NCBI GenBank assembly: GCA_964471405.1
Contig: CAYYGH010000002.1
Location: 4,274 to 68,273 of the forward strand
Direction of reading: 5' to 3'
DNA: 64,000 nucleotides
Source of the DNA: an uncultured Sphingomonadales bacterium
GTDB taxonomy: Bacteria > Pseudomonadota > Alphaproteobacteria > Sphingomonadales > Rhodothalassiaceae
How positions within the stretch are numbered: position 1 is the stretch's first letter; each line of letters opens with the position of its first letter. This document shows positions 19,857 to 31,348 of the stretch, piece after piece. A program made the translations under genes and the position numbers. Below the pieces are notes generated by a model. The model searched no databases and was not told the DNA's origin. It saw nothing but the letters and a program-made list of their open reading frames with translations.

Positions 19857-21842
19857 ATGTTCGCGATTCGACGGAAAGGGCCACGGCGCTGGCGAGAGCC
19901 GCTGGCAGGGCTGTCCCTGCTGATGATGCTCGCCTTCATGCTCGTCCCACCGGCTGCGGCGCAGGAAATCCGCATGATAGCCTGCAAGGCTCCGCCACCC
20001 ACACTTTCCCAGCGGATCAATGACTGGGTTGCTCCGGTCACCAATGCGGTCTCGGCCGTGATCTTTACGGAAATTCCGATTCCTTTCCTCACACCTCGTC
20101 CCCTGCTGACCGGGGAGGTCCGCGTAAAGCCTGACCGATTGGCGGATGGCGATCGCCTGACGGTCATGCTTGGGCGGGAAAAGCTGGTCCTCGAATATGA
20201 CGAGGATGGGCGCATCTGCACGGGCACACGCCCGATTCCGGCAACGACGGATACCGAGGCACTGGCCCTGCTGGTCTCATCCGCCATCAAGCAGCGGTTC
20301 GGGGCCGCTCTTGCCGATGTCTCCGTGCATCCCGAAGATGGCCAGGTGCGAATCGTGCTGGCCGCGCACAAGGGCACGAAGCCGGAACTTGCGGTCAAGG
20401 GACAGGGGTTTGCGATAAGCCCCTTTACCGATGGAACGGTCGGTATGCCGCTGATCGTGCTGTGGTTGATCGCCGGTGCGCTGTTCTTCACCTTCAAGAT
20501 GCGCTTCATCAACATCCGCGCCTTTCGCCATGCGATCGATGTGGCCCGGGGAGTCTATGACGATCCCAAAGATCCCGGGGAAGTGACGCACTTCCAGGCC
20601 CTTACCGCTGCTCTTTCCGGCACGGTGGGGCTTGGCAACATCGCCGGTGTCGCCATTGCGATCTCCATCGGTGGCCCGGGCGCCACCTTCTGGATGATCA
20701 TGGCCGGCCTGTTCGGCATGACGTCGAAGTTCGTCGAATGCACGCTCGGAGTCAAATACCGGGAAATCGACGAGAATGGCGTCGTCTCCGGCGGGCCGAT
20801 GTACTACCTCCACAAGGCTCTTGCCCTCAGAGGTCCTCTTCTTGGGCGTTTCGGCCGGGTACTGGCGGTGATCTTCGCCCTGCTGATGGTGGGCGCCTCC
20901 TTCGGGGCCGGGAACATGTTCCAGGTCAACCAGTCGACGGCGCAGATCATGAACGTGATCGTCCCGGCCGTCTTCGGGAAAGAGAGTGTCCTCAACCAGA
21001 TGCCCTGGCTTGTAGGTCTGCTCTATGCGGTGCTCATCGGGCTTGTCGTGATCGGCGGCATCCGGGCAATCGCCCGCGTGACCGAGCGGCTCGTGCCGCT
21101 GATGGCCTTCATCTATCTTGCGGCTGCGCTGGTGATTCTCTTCCAGCATGTCGACATGCTGCCGGCCGCCTTTGCCGCGATCGTCACGGGCGCCTTCTCG
21201 CCTGAGGGAGTGCTCGGCGGCTTCTTCGGCGTGCTGATCCAGGGAATCAGGCGGGCGAGCTTTTCCAATGAGGCCGGTGTGGGATCCGCGGCGATCGCCC
21301 ATTCGGCCGTCAAGACCACCGAGCCCGTCTCCGAAGGCATGGTGGCCCTGCTTGAGCCCTTTGTCGACACGGTGGTCATCTGCACCATGACGGCGCTGGT
21401 CATCATCGTCACCGGGCTGTACCAGACGGCCGAGGCTTCCGACGGCATCGCCCTCACCTCGGCCGCCTTCGCAAGCGTGCTGCCATGGTTTCCCTACGTG
21501 CTTTCGATAGCGGTCCTGATGTTCGCTTATTCCACCTCCCTCACATACTACTACTATGGTGAACGCGCCTTTCTCTTCCTCGTCGGCCCCCATCGGCGCA
21601 AGGCGCATATGGGCTTCAAGCTGGCCTATCTGCTGGTGCTTGTCGTGGGATCGTCGATGCAGCTGACGGCCGTCATGGACTTTGCGGATGCCATGCTGCT
21701 TGCCATGGCCTTCCCGAACATGATCGGGCTTTACATCCTGGCCGGCGAGGTGAAGGCGGATCTCGATAGCTACTGGTCACGCCTTAAAGCGAACATCATT
21801 CGGCCCTATCGGGAAACCCGCGCGGCTGAAAGCGGAGCCTGA
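19857..21842 (+). CDS. alanine/glycine:cation symporter (AGCS family) with extended N-terminal region
   Basis: Core motifs [35 protein letters not shown] and [18 protein letters not shown] 19857 is preceded by AAAGGGGA; an upstream in-frame ATG at 19830 is possible. Confidence 0.9.
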   Translation: MFAIRRKGPRRWREPLAGLSLLMMLAFMLVPPAAAQEIRMIACKAPPPTLSQRINDWVAPVTNAVSAVIFTEIPIPFLTPRPLLTGEVRVKPDRLADGDRLTVMLGREKLVLEYDEDGRICTGTRPIPATTDTEALALLVSSAIKQRFGAALADVSVHPEDGQVRIVLAAHKGTKPELAVKGQGFAISPFTDGTVGMPLIVLWLIAGALFFTFKMRFINIRAFRHAIDVARGVYDDPKDPGEVTHFQALTAALSGTVGLGNIAGVAIAISIGGPGATFWMIMAGLFGMTSKFVECTLGVKYREIDENGVVSGGPMYYLHKALALRGPLLGRFGRVLAVIFALLMVGASFGAGNMFQVNQSTAQIMNVIVPAVFGKESVLNQMPWLVGLLYAVLIGLVVIGGIRAIARVTERLVPLMAFIYLAAALVILFQHVDMLPAAFAAIVTGAFSPEGVLGGFFGVLIQGIRRASFSNEAGVGSAAIAHSAVKTTEPVSEGMVALLEPFVDTVVICTMTALVIIVTGLYQTAEASDGIALTSAAFASVLPWFPYVLSIAVLMFAYSTSLTYYYYGERAFLFLVGPHRRKAHMGFKLAYLLVLVVGSSMQLTAVMDFADAMLLAMAFPNMIGLYILAGEVKADLDSYWSRLKANIIRPYRETRAAESGA

Positions 21843-21998
21843 AGACCCGCAGCACGGAGGGATCCGGGCCTATGCGTCCGGCATCGGAACATTCAGCTGC
21901 GGTTCAGGGCCGGAGGGCCTATAAGACGGCGTGATCGAAAGGGAATGGGAGAAGACGCCCCATCGCCCTGGAAGAGGAGATGTCTGGCGAGGCTCAAG

Positions 21999-22508
21999 AT
22001 GCGGTCAGCGCAAAAGATCCTCTCAGTCCTGGCGTTGACGGGGTTGACACTTGCCTGTGGCCTGGCCGCGCCGGCGGGCGCTGCGCCTGCGCCTGGTCCG
22101 GCTGCCAACAATGCTGACGGGCGGGTCGCCGTTCCCCGCACGATATCAAGCCGCGGCGATCCGGAGCGCGGGCGCAAGATATTCTACCGCTGCCAGAGCT
22201 GCCATCGCATCGCACCGCAGGCCTCACCGCTGCTGGGGCCCAATCTCGGCCGCCTGTTTGGACGGCGGGCCGGCAGTCTTCCGGGATATGCGGGATATTC
22301 CCGTGCCTTGAGGGAGGCCGGATTCATATGGACGGAAGAGCGGCTCGATGCCTGGCTCAAGGATCCGGCGGGTTTCCTGCCGGGCAACCGCATGCCGTTT
22401 GCCGGTGTGCGCAGCGCCAGGGACCGTGCCGACCTCATCGCCTATCTGCGCAGCGTGCAGGATCGGCTGGAAGCGCAAGACGGACACAAGCGAGGGCATG
22501 GTCAATGA
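21999..22508 (+). CDS. class I c-type cytochrome (c2-like), secreted
   Basis: Signal peptide MRSAQKILSVLALTGLTLACGLAAPAGA, haem site CQSCH, distal Met context PGNRMPFAG. Confidence 0.8.
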   Translation: MRSAQKILSVLALTGLTLACGLAAPAGAAPAPGPAANNADGRVAVPRTISSRGDPERGRKIFYRCQSCHRIAPQASPLLGPNLGRLFGRRAGSLPGYAGYSRALREAGFIWTEERLDAWLKDPAGFLPGNRMPFAGVRSARDRADLIAYLRSVQDRLEAQDGHKRGHGQ

Positions 22509-22546
22509 GACTTTCAAGACAGGAAAAGAAAAACCGGAATCCCCTC

Positions 22547-23257
22547 ATGAAAGGCAAGACAGGATCAGGGCGGCGCATCCTCCTTCTTGTTTTCGCCCTT
22601 GCGGCCATGGCCGGCTTCCTGGCGATGGGAAGGGTCCCGGCATCCGCGACCGAGACCGCAGCCCAGGACCCCGACGGCGCCAGGGCCTTCATCGCCGACC
22701 TGGCCGATCGCGCCATGAAGATCTGGCGGGATCCGACGCTCACCCAGCTTGAACGGGAAAAGGGGTTTCGTGATCTGCTCTATGAAGGCTTTGACGTCAA
22801 TTTTCTGGCGCGGATCTCGCTCGGCCGTTTCGTGCGGCAGATGACGCGTGAGCAGTTCGCCGAATACATGCGCCTGTTCCCGGACTACATCGTCAACAAA
22901 TTCGCCAACCGTATCGGAGAATACACCAATCAGACCATCGAGATCGGCGAGGTTGTCCCGGCAGGGCGACGCGATGTCTATGTCCGCACCACTCTCCTGC
23001 GCCCTGGTGCCGAGCCCCTGGCTGCGGACTGGCGTGTGCGCAAGACGAAGGACGGCTTTCGCATCGTCGATGTCAAGGTCGAGGGGATCTCGATGGTGAT
23101 CTCCCAGCGGGACGAGTTTGCCGCGCTCATCGAGAAATCGGGAATTGACGGCCTGCTTGCCGAGCTGCGCAAGGGAGCAGCGGAGCTGGCTGAAAAGGAC
23201 GCCGCTCTTGCGGCCGAACGCGCAGCCCGGGCCGAGGGAAAGGGATCAGCCCACTAA
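22547..23257 (+). CDS. MlaC/Ttg2D-family phospholipid-binding periplasmic protein
   Basis: Signal peptide, then FIADLADRAMKIW...FDVNFLARISLGRFVRQMT...DWRVRKTKDGFRIVDVKVEGISMV, typical of the toluene-tolerance Ttg2D/MlaC family. Confidence 0.8.
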   Translation: MKGKTGSGRRILLLVFALAAMAGFLAMGRVPASATETAAQDPDGARAFIADLADRAMKIWRDPTLTQLEREKGFRDLLYEGFDVNFLARISLGRFVRQMTREQFAEYMRLFPDYIVNKFANRIGEYTNQTIEIGEVVPAGRRDVYVRTTLLRPGAEPLAADWRVRKTKDGFRIVDVKVEGISMVISQRDEFAALIEKSGIDGLLAELRKGAAELAEKDAALAAERAARAEGKGSAH

Positions 23258-23481
23258 CCGGCCCATCAAAGCGGCAGCGGCGGTTTTTCTTCCCTCATCC
23301 CATCCTCCGCCCGGGCAGGCGGAAGGCCTTGGCCGGCCCCCGGCACCCGTGCAGAACATGGCCCCTTGGGCGCCCTGCCGGTCAGGCCACCGGGCTGCTC
23401 TTCCCTTCTCCGAAAAAGGGGCGGTGGCAGCACGCGGACAAGGCTGGAAGCCGAGGGCCATCAAGACCCGCCGGACGGCAG

Positions 23482-24804
23482 TCACGACCGAGCGCTGCCC
23501 TCATCCGTGCCGAAGACGCGGGCAAAAATCGTATCCACATGCTTGGTATGATAGCCGAGGTCGAAAAGGGCCTCCAGCTCGCCGGGTGCGAAGTGGCGGG
23601 CGACATCAGGATCGTTTTCCAGCAGTTCCAGCAGGCTCGTGCGGCCGTCCGATTCCCACACCTTCATGGCATTGCGCTGGACGAGGCGGTAGGCCTCCTC
23701 GCGGCTCAAACCCTTTTGCGTCAGTGCCAGCAGCACGCGCTGGGAATGGACGAGGCCACCAAGGCGCTCCAGATTGGCCCGCATGCGCTCGGGATAGACG
23801 ACGAGCCTGTCCATGACACCGGCCAGCCGCGCGAGCGCGAAATCCAGGGTAATCGTGGCATCCGGCCCGATGAAACGTTCGACGGAGGAATGCGAGATGT
23901 CGCGTTCATGCCAGAGAGCGACATTCTCCAGCGCCGGCAGAGCATAGGCGCGGATCATGCGGGCCAGTCCCGTCAGGTTCTCGGAAAGCACCGGATTGCG
24001 CTTGTGCGGCATGGCGGACGAACCCTTCTGGCCGGGCGAAAAATACTCTTCGGCCTCCAGCACCTCGGTACGCTGAAGGTGCCGGATCTCCACGGCCAGC
24101 CGCTCGATGGAGCTCGCGATCACGGCCAGCGTGGCGAAATACATCGCATGCCGGTCGCGCGGGATGATCTGGGTGGAGATCGGCTCCGGCTTCAAGCCCA
24201 GCTTGCGGGCCACATGCTCTTCCACGCGCGGATCGATGTTGGCGAAGGTGCCGACGGCTCCCGAGATCGCGCAGGTGCGCACCTCCTCGCGCGCATGCGC
24301 CAGCCGCTCGCGGGCGCGGGCGAATTCCGCGTAGGCGAAGGCGAGTTTCAGCCCGAAGGTGGTGGGCTCGGCATGAATGCCGTGGGAGCGGCCGATGGTC
24401 ACCGTGTCCTTGTGCTCGAAGGCTCGGCGCTTGAGAATGGCCAGCAGGTCGTCGATATCCGCAAGCAGGATGTCGGACGCCTGGACGAGCTGGAGGTTGA
24501 AACAGGTATCCAGCACGTCCGAAGAGGTCATGCCCTGGTGGACGAAGCGCGCTTCGGGGCCGACGTTTTCGGCCAGATTCGTAAGGAAGGCGATGACGTC
24601 GTGCTTGACCTCGCGCTCGATCTCGTCGATTCGCTCCACGTCAAAGCGTCCCCGCTCGCGCACCGCCTCCACCGCCTCGCGTGGCACGAGCCCCAGTTCC
24701 GCCTGGGCCTCGAGTGCCGCAAGCTCGATCTCCAACCAGAGCCGGAACTTGTTCTCCGGCGTCCAGATCGCCGTCATCTCAGGACGCGCATAGCGGGGAA
24801 CCAT
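23482..24804 (-). CDS. purB: adenylosuccinate lyase
   Basis: Conserved N-terminus MVPRYARPEMTAIWTPENKF at ATG 24802-24804, and the fumarate-lyase signature GSSAMPHKRNP. Confidence 0.95.
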   Translation of the reverse strand: MVPRYARPEMTAIWTPENKFRLWLEIELAALEAQAELGLVPREAVEAVRERGRFDVERIDEIEREVKHDVIAFLTNLAENVGPEARFVHQGMTSSDVLDTCFNLQLVQASDILLADIDDLLAILKRRAFEHKDTVTIGRSHGIHAEPTTFGLKLAFAYAEFARARERLAHAREEVRTCAISGAVGTFANIDPRVEEHVARKLGLKPEPISTQIIPRDRHAMYFATLAVIASSIERLAVEIRHLQRTEVLEAEEYFSPGQKGSSAMPHKRNPVLSENLTGLARMIRAYALPALENVALWHERDISHSSVERFIGPDATITLDFALARLAGVMDRLVVYPERMRANLERLGGLVHSQRVLLALTQKGLSREEAYRLVQRNAMKVWESDGRTSLLELLENDPDVARHFAPGELEALFDLGYHTKHVDTIFARVFGTDEGSARS

Positions 24805-25094
24805 GGACCAATCACCCTTTCCCTGTGACCTTTCCCCATCGGACCGCTTGTCCTTGCCGGCAGCAATCCGGGGGAAAACCGGAAGGCAGCGCCATGCGGC
24901 GGCGTTGCGTGCTGATTTGCGGCGCTTGCTAGCAGCCCAGTCCGCCAGCGGCAAGAGCTCCCGCCCGGCGGTTCCTGCCCGTGAGCTTCACAAAATGTCC
25001 ACTTCGTGTATTAAGGAAGGCAAGAGGTCATGCAGCCGGCTCCATGGTCGGATGGCGCCGGCTGGGCCGCAACGGATTTTGGAGCGCATCGAGC

Positions 25095-26171
25095 ATGGCG
25101 CTCGACAGGATCGACTGGGACAAGGTGGCGCCGGAGCGGACGTCGCCGGATGATGTGCTGGTCCCTTCTGCCGGCGGGAATGGGCTTCCGGCAGGAGTGG
25201 TGTGTGCCGCCATTGATCTGGGCACCAACAACTGCCGGCTGCTGATTGCACGCACGACGGCCAGGGGCTTCCGGATCGTCGATTCCTATTCCCGGATCGT
25301 GCGGCTGGGCGAAGGTCTTGCCAGCGAGGGGATCATCAGCACGGATGCAACCGCCCGGGCCGTGAAGGCCCTGTCCGTATGCCAGCGCAAGATCACCCGT
25401 CTCGGCGCCCGGGCCGTGCGCGCCGTGGCGACGGAAGCCTGTCGTCGCGCCGCCAATCGCGACAGCTTCGTCAGAACGGTAGCGCGCGAGACCGGGCTGG
25501 CTTTGGACATCATCTCGCCCGAGGAAGAGGCCCGGCTGGCCGTGCTCGGCTGTCAGAGCCTGCTGGATCCGCGCTTTCCCTACGGGCTCGTATTCGACAT
25601 CGGCGGGGGCAGCACGGAGGTCGTCTTTCTCGCGCGCCGTGACGACGGCCGGGTCGAAATCCTGGATTTCGCATCTCTGCCGGCCGGCGTGATCACGCTG
25701 AGCGAGGCCCATGGTCTGCCGACCACGGATCCCGCCCGCTACCGCCGGACGCGCGAGCATGTGCGCATGCTGATGGCTGCGGTCGAAGAACGGGTGGGAT
25801 TTGCGGATCACGCCCGGGAAGGGCGTGTCCAGCTGATCGGCACCTCGGGCACGGTCACGACACTGGCCAGCACCTTCCTGAAGCTGCCACGCTATGACCG
25901 GCGTCGCGTGGATGGCACCTGGTTCGCCGCGCCCGCGCTCACGGAGCTGGCCCGCAAGGTGGCGCTGATGCCACAGGATCGCCGGGCCCGTCTGCCCTCC
26001 ATCGGGCCTGACCGGGCCCGTTATGTCGTGGCGGGCTGTGCGGTTCTCGAAGCGCTTCTCGCCGTCTGGCCGGCCGATCGGCTGCGGGTGGCCGATCGCG
26101 GGCTGCGCGAAGGCGTGTTGCGGACGCTGATCGGCCTCGATGACATGGTGGTCTGGAAGAAAGCTCCATGA
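25095..26171 (+). CDS. Ppx/GppA family phosphatase
   Basis: AAIDLGTNNCRLLIA...VFDIGGGSTEV are ASKHA-fold phosphate-binding motifs. The start is uncertain; the ORF is open from 24981. Confidence 0.85.
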   Translation: MALDRIDWDKVAPERTSPDDVLVPSAGGNGLPAGVVCAAIDLGTNNCRLLIARTTARGFRIVDSYSRIVRLGEGLASEGIISTDATARAVKALSVCQRKITRLGARAVRAVATEACRRAANRDSFVRTVARETGLALDIISPEEEARLAVLGCQSLLDPRFPYGLVFDIGGGSTEVVFLARRDDGRVEILDFASLPAGVITLSEAHGLPTTDPARYRRTREHVRMLMAAVEERVGFADHAREGRVQLIGTSGTVTTLASTFLKLPRYDRRRVDGTWFAAPALTELARKVALMPQDRRARLPSIGPDRARYVVAGCAVLEALLAVWPADRLRVADRGLREGVLRTLIGLDDMVVWKKAP

Positions 26172-26887
26172 GCGGAGGGCGGAGAAAAGGCCCGCGTCTT
26201 CCGGCTCGCCGCCCCGGTGCGGCTCCGCGGCTCAAGAAGAGCCGCAAGCGCAAGGCCTCCTCCACCCGCTGGCTCCAGCGTCAGTTGAGCGACCCCTATG
26301 TGCTGGAAGCCAGGCGCCGCGGCTATCGTTCGCGCGCCGCCTTCAAGCTTGCCGAAATCGATGACCGCTTCCACCTGCTCGCGGGCGCCCGGCGGGCGGT
26401 GGACCTTGGCGCCGCCCCCGGTGGCTGGAGCCAGGTGCTGCGGGAGCGGATGAGCAGACCGGCGCAAATCGTCGCCGTCGACATCCTGGAAATGGACCCG
26501 ATCCCTGGCGTTACCATTCTCAGAGGCGATTTTCTCGAAGCCGGGACGGAAGAGGCCGTGCGCGCGGCCCTGGAAGGGCATCCGGCAGATCTCGTCGTCT
26601 CCGACATGGCCGCCCCCACGACCGGGCACCGGGCCACCGACCATCTGCGCACACTCGCGCTTGCGGAAGCCGCCTACGCCTTTGCCCGCACGGTGCTGGC
26701 CGAAGGAGGGGCGTTCGTGACCAAGATCTACCAGGGCGGCGCGGAAGGAGATCTGCTTGCCGCCATCAAGCGCGACTTCGGCAAGGTCCGCCACTGGAAA
26801 CCGCCCGCCAGCCGTCCCGAATCGGTTGAAACCTATCTCATCGCCCGCGCGTTTCGTCGTCCGCCGGAACCAGCCGGCAGTCGGTGA
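26168..26887 (+). CDS. rlmE: 23S rRNA (uridine2552-2'-O)-methyltransferase
   Basis: WLQRQLSDPYV...GYRSRAAFKLAEID...VDLGAAPGGWSQV...VVSDMAAPTTG. ATGA overlap with the ppx stop. Confidence 0.9.
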   Translation: MSGGRRKGPRLPARRPGAAPRLKKSRKRKASSTRWLQRQLSDPYVLEARRRGYRSRAAFKLAEIDDRFHLLAGARRAVDLGAAPGGWSQVLRERMSRPAQIVAVDILEMDPIPGVTILRGDFLEAGTEEAVRAALEGHPADLVVSDMAAPTTGHRATDHLRTLALAEAAYAFARTVLAEGGAFVTKIYQGGAEGDLLAAIKRDFGKVRHWKPPASRPESVETYLIARAFRRPPEPAGSR

Positions 26888-26948
26888 TCGCTCGTCGGCA
26901 CTCCATGATCGGAGAAGGGATGGGGAAGCGGCACAGGGAAGTTGCGCC

Positions 26949-27404
26949 CTATTCCGTTCCGGACGCCTTGTCCGCTCCCCGCCGCCGGCGCCCCCCCTTC
27001 TGGCCCAGCCCGATCCGGCGGGCGAACTCCGCCCGCTGGCGCGCATAGGCCGGTGCAACCATAGGATAGTCCGGCGGCAGATTCCACTTGGCCCTGTATT
27101 CTTCAGGAGTCATATTGTAATGCGTGCGCAGATAGCGCTTGAGGACCTTGAGCTTCTTGCCGTCCTCCAGGCAGATGATGTAATCGTCCGTCACCGATTT
27201 CTTGATGGGAACGGCCGGTTTCTGGGTGGTTCGCCTGGCTGCATGTCCATCATCAAGACGGGTGAGCGTTTCATGCACGGAGCGAATGAGTTCCGGCACA
27301 TGTTCGACAGGAACCGGATTGTTGCTGACATAGGCGGTCACGATGTCCGCAACCATTTGCAGCGTGACCTCTTGGTCAATGCCGTTTTCCTGATCTTCAC
27401 CCAT
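26949..27404 (-). CDS. mucR: MucR/Ros family transcriptional regulator
   Basis: VADIVTAYVSNN...DDYIICLEDGKKLKVLKRYLRTHYNMTPEEYRAKWNLPPDYPMVAPAYA is the Ros/MucR zinc-finger core. Confidence 0.9.
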   Translation of the reverse strand: MGEDQENGIDQEVTLQMVADIVTAYVSNNPVPVEHVPELIRSVHETLTRLDDGHAARRTTQKPAVPIKKSVTDDYIICLEDGKKLKVLKRYLRTHYNMTPEEYRAKWNLPPDYPMVAPAYARQRAEFARRIGLGQKGGRRRRGADKASGTE

Positions 27405-27684
27405 GGATCAATACCTTTCGCCTAAATCTCATAATTGTCGCCTTATCATAGCATCCTGATAGACGAAGTAAAGCCCGCTTCTTCTCATGGGAAATAGTGT
27501 CATAATCCTCACTTGATGGAAATTTCGCCTCCAAAGCATTGCCATAAAGGCAGGTTCGGCGCGCACATGCACGAGTGATAGGGGGTGATTGCCGCCCCTC
27601 CACGACATGTGGTAAGGATCGACCGATCGCACTGCTGCTCCGGCAGCAGGCGGGCGGCATGCTGTCTTGCGGAAAGAGTGCACC

Positions 27685-28161
27685 ATGAATTCGCCAGCAC
27701 GGTCCACCGAGACGCTGATCGTGGCGAGCGATCATGCCGGATTCGCCATGAAGGGGCTGATCGCCGCGCATCTCAAGGCGCATGGCTTTCAGGTTCTTGA
27801 CCTGGGCACCCACAGTGAAGACTCGGTCGATTATCCCGATTACGGCTACCGTGCGGCCTGTGCGATCGCCGAGGGGCGGGCACGGCGCGGTGTCATCATC
27901 TGCGGCTCGGGGATCGGGATTGCGATCGCGGCAAATCGTCACCCCCTGGCGCGGGCGGCTCTTTGCCATGACGTGACAAGCGCCCGCCTTGCCCGCCGGC
28001 ACAACGACGCCAATCTGCTTGCACTCGGAGCCCGGCTGATCGGGCCCGAGCTCGCGCGTGAGATCGTCGATGCCTTCCTCAAGACGCCCTTTGAAGGCGG
28101 TCGGCACCAGCGCCGGGTGGACAAGCTGACACATCCTGTGCTGGAGACGGTGCCGGGCTGA
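27685..28161 (+). CDS. rpiB: ribose-5-phosphate isomerase B
   Basis: LIVASDHAGFAMKGLI...DYPDYG...GVIICGSGIGIAIAANR...HNDANLLALGARL. Confidence 0.9.
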   Translation: MNSPARSTETLIVASDHAGFAMKGLIAAHLKAHGFQVLDLGTHSEDSVDYPDYGYRAACAIAEGRARRGVIICGSGIGIAIAANRHPLARAALCHDVTSARLARRHNDANLLALGARLIGPELAREIVDAFLKTPFEGGRHQRRVDKLTHPVLETVPG

Positions 28162-28222
28162 CGACGTGCTCGGTTGCGTCGTAAGGCGCTGATGATCCTG
28201 CGACGAGGAAAGGGTGAAGACG

Positions 28223-29542
<1,320 letters not shown>

Positions 29543-29597
29543 TGGACCGTCTCAGGTGGTGGACCGGAAAGGTCAGGGGGAGGAAAGCTGAGGCCAG

Positions 29598-30104
29598 ATG
29601 CGCTGCCCATTCTGTGGCTATGACGAAACGCAGGTCAAGGACTCGCGGCCCAGTGAGGATGGTGCCGCGATTCGCCGCCGTCGGCATTGTCTGGGCTGCG
29701 GAGCACGCTTTACCACCTTCGAACGGGTGCAGCTGCGCGCACTCACCGTCGTCAAGCGCAACGGCAGACGCGTCCCCTTCGATCGTGACAAGCTTCAGCG
29801 CTCTATCGACATCGCGCTGCGCAAACGCCCGGTAGAGCCGGAGCGGGTGGAGCGCATGGTCAACGGCCTTGTCCGCCGTCTTGAATCGATGGGTGAGCCG
29901 GAAATCCCCTCCGAGGTGATCGGCGAGATGGTCATGGATGCGCTCGCGCAGCTCGATCAGGTGGCCTATGTGCGCTATGCCAGCGTCTACCGGAATTTCC
30001 GCGAAGCGCAGGACTTTGAGGAATTCGTCTCCGCCCTGCAGAAACCGGCCGGCAAGAGCGGACGCCGGCGCCGGCTCGATGCCGATGACGCGGCCGCCGA
30101 ATAG
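29598..30104 (+). CDS. nrdR: transcriptional repressor NrdR
   Basis: [19 protein letters not shown]...[17 protein letters not shown] zinc ribbon plus an ATP-cone. Confidence 0.95.
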   Translation: MRCPFCGYDETQVKDSRPSEDGAAIRRRRHCLGCGARFTTFERVQLRALTVVKRNGRRVPFDRDKLQRSIDIALRKRPVEPERVERMVNGLVRRLESMGEPEIPSEVIGEMVMDALAQLDQVAYVRYASVYRNFREAQDFEEFVSALQKPAGKSGRRRRLDADDAAAE

Positions 30105-30118
30105 AGCGGATCGCGTCC

Positions 30119-31315
30119 ATGCCTCGCGCTGAGGACTTCACCCCGCACAAGGATCGCCAGTCCATGGGCCAAAGCCGTACCGGCGAGGAAGACCGGGACG
30201 CGCAGTTCATGGAAATCGCCCTGCGGCTGGCTGCGCGGGGTCTTGGTCGCGTGGCGCCCAATCCTGCGGTCGGCTGCCTGCTGGTCAAGGATGGCGTGAT
30301 CATCGCCCGGGGCTGGACACAACCCGGCGGCCGGCCGCATGCCGAATCGGTCGCCCTGGCCAGGGCGGGAGAGGCCGCCCGGGGAGCAACCTGCTATGTC
30401 ACGCTGGAGCCATGCGCGCATCACGGCCGCACGCCCCCCTGCGTGCAGGCGCTGGTTGCCGCCGGCATCAGGCGGGCCGTTGTCGCAATGACGGATCCCG
30501 ATCCCCGCACGGCCGGGCGCGGGCTGGCTCATCTGCAGGAGGCCGGCGTGGCGGTCAGGACGGGTGTCGGCGAAGAGCGGGCCCGGGCGATCAATCAGGG
30601 ATTCTGGCTGAGGGTGACCGCCGGCCGACCGTTCGTGGCCATCAAGCTTGCCACCTCGCTTGACGGGCGCATTGCGGCCCGCACGGGGCATGCGCGCTGG
30701 ATCACGGGGAAGCGGGCACGGACCCAGGCCCATCTCCTGCGGGCGCGTCATGATGCGATTCTCATCGGTGGCCGCACGCAACGACATGACGATCCGCTTC
30801 TCACCTGCCGCCTTCCCGGGCTGGAAGCGGCCTCTCCCATTCGCATCGTCCTGACCCGCACGCCCCATCTCGATCCCGGCTCCCGGCTGATGCGCAGCGC
30901 GGACAAGGTGCCGGTCTGGCTGGTCGGACCGGCGGGCGGCACGGCCGATCTTCCGCCGCCGGACCCGGAAGAGCCCGGCCGCCCCGGGCTTTATGCCCTG
31001 ACCCTTCCGGATCAGGAGGAAGAAAACCCGACCCGGCTGGTTTCCGACCTTCTGCGCAACCTCGCGGAAGCCGGCATCACCCGTCTGCTGGTGGAAGGCG
31101 GCGGGATGGTGGCAGGCCTGTTCCTGCGCGCCGGTCTTTTTGATCGGCTCTATCACTTCACGGGCAATTGCGTCATCGGGGCGGACGGGATTGCGGCCGT
31201 CTCATCCCTCGGTGTGGCCGATGTCGCAACGGACGCCCCGCGCCTGCGCCTTCTGGCCAGCCATAGCCTTGAGGAAAGCGTGCTCAGCGTCTATGAGCCG
31301 ATGAACAAGGCCTGA
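30119..31315 (+). CDS. ribD: bifunctional diaminohydroxyphosphoribosylaminopyrimidine deaminase / 5-amino-6-(5-phosphoribosylamino)uracil reductase
   Basis: Deaminase motifs HAE and TLEPCAHHGRTPPC, then a reductase domain (FVAIKLATSLDGRIA). Start uncertain. Confidence 0.9.
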   Translation: MPRAEDFTPHKDRQSMGQSRTGEEDRDAQFMEIALRLAARGLGRVAPNPAVGCLLVKDGVIIARGWTQPGGRPHAESVALARAGEAARGATCYVTLEPCAHHGRTPPCVQALVAAGIRRAVVAMTDPDPRTAGRGLAHLQEAGVAVRTGVGEERARAINQGFWLRVTAGRPFVAIKLATSLDGRIAARTGHARWITGKRARTQAHLLRARHDAILIGGRTQRHDDPLLTCRLPGLEAASPIRIVLTRTPHLDPGSRLMRSADKVPVWLVGPAGGTADLPPPDPEEPGRPGLYALTLPDQEEENPTRLVSDLLRNLAEAGITRLLVEGGGMVAGLFLRAGLFDRLYHFTGNCVIGADGIAAVSSLGVADVATDAPRLRLLASHSLEESVLSVYEPMNKA

Positions 31316-31348
31316 TCAGCCTCCCATTCCCAGCGGAGCAGCCAGCAG

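Noticed and set aside
28162-28222. ZTP (pfl) riboswitch upstream of glyA, also checked upstream of purC (2999-3155), purB (24805-25094) and rpiB (27405-27684)
   Set aside because: No GGGUCGUGA...GGUGGA...CCGGGCGGA plus downstream CCGCCUGGGC arrangement. The CCGGGCGGGA string near 24970 on the minus strand lacks the complementary pseudoknot partner.
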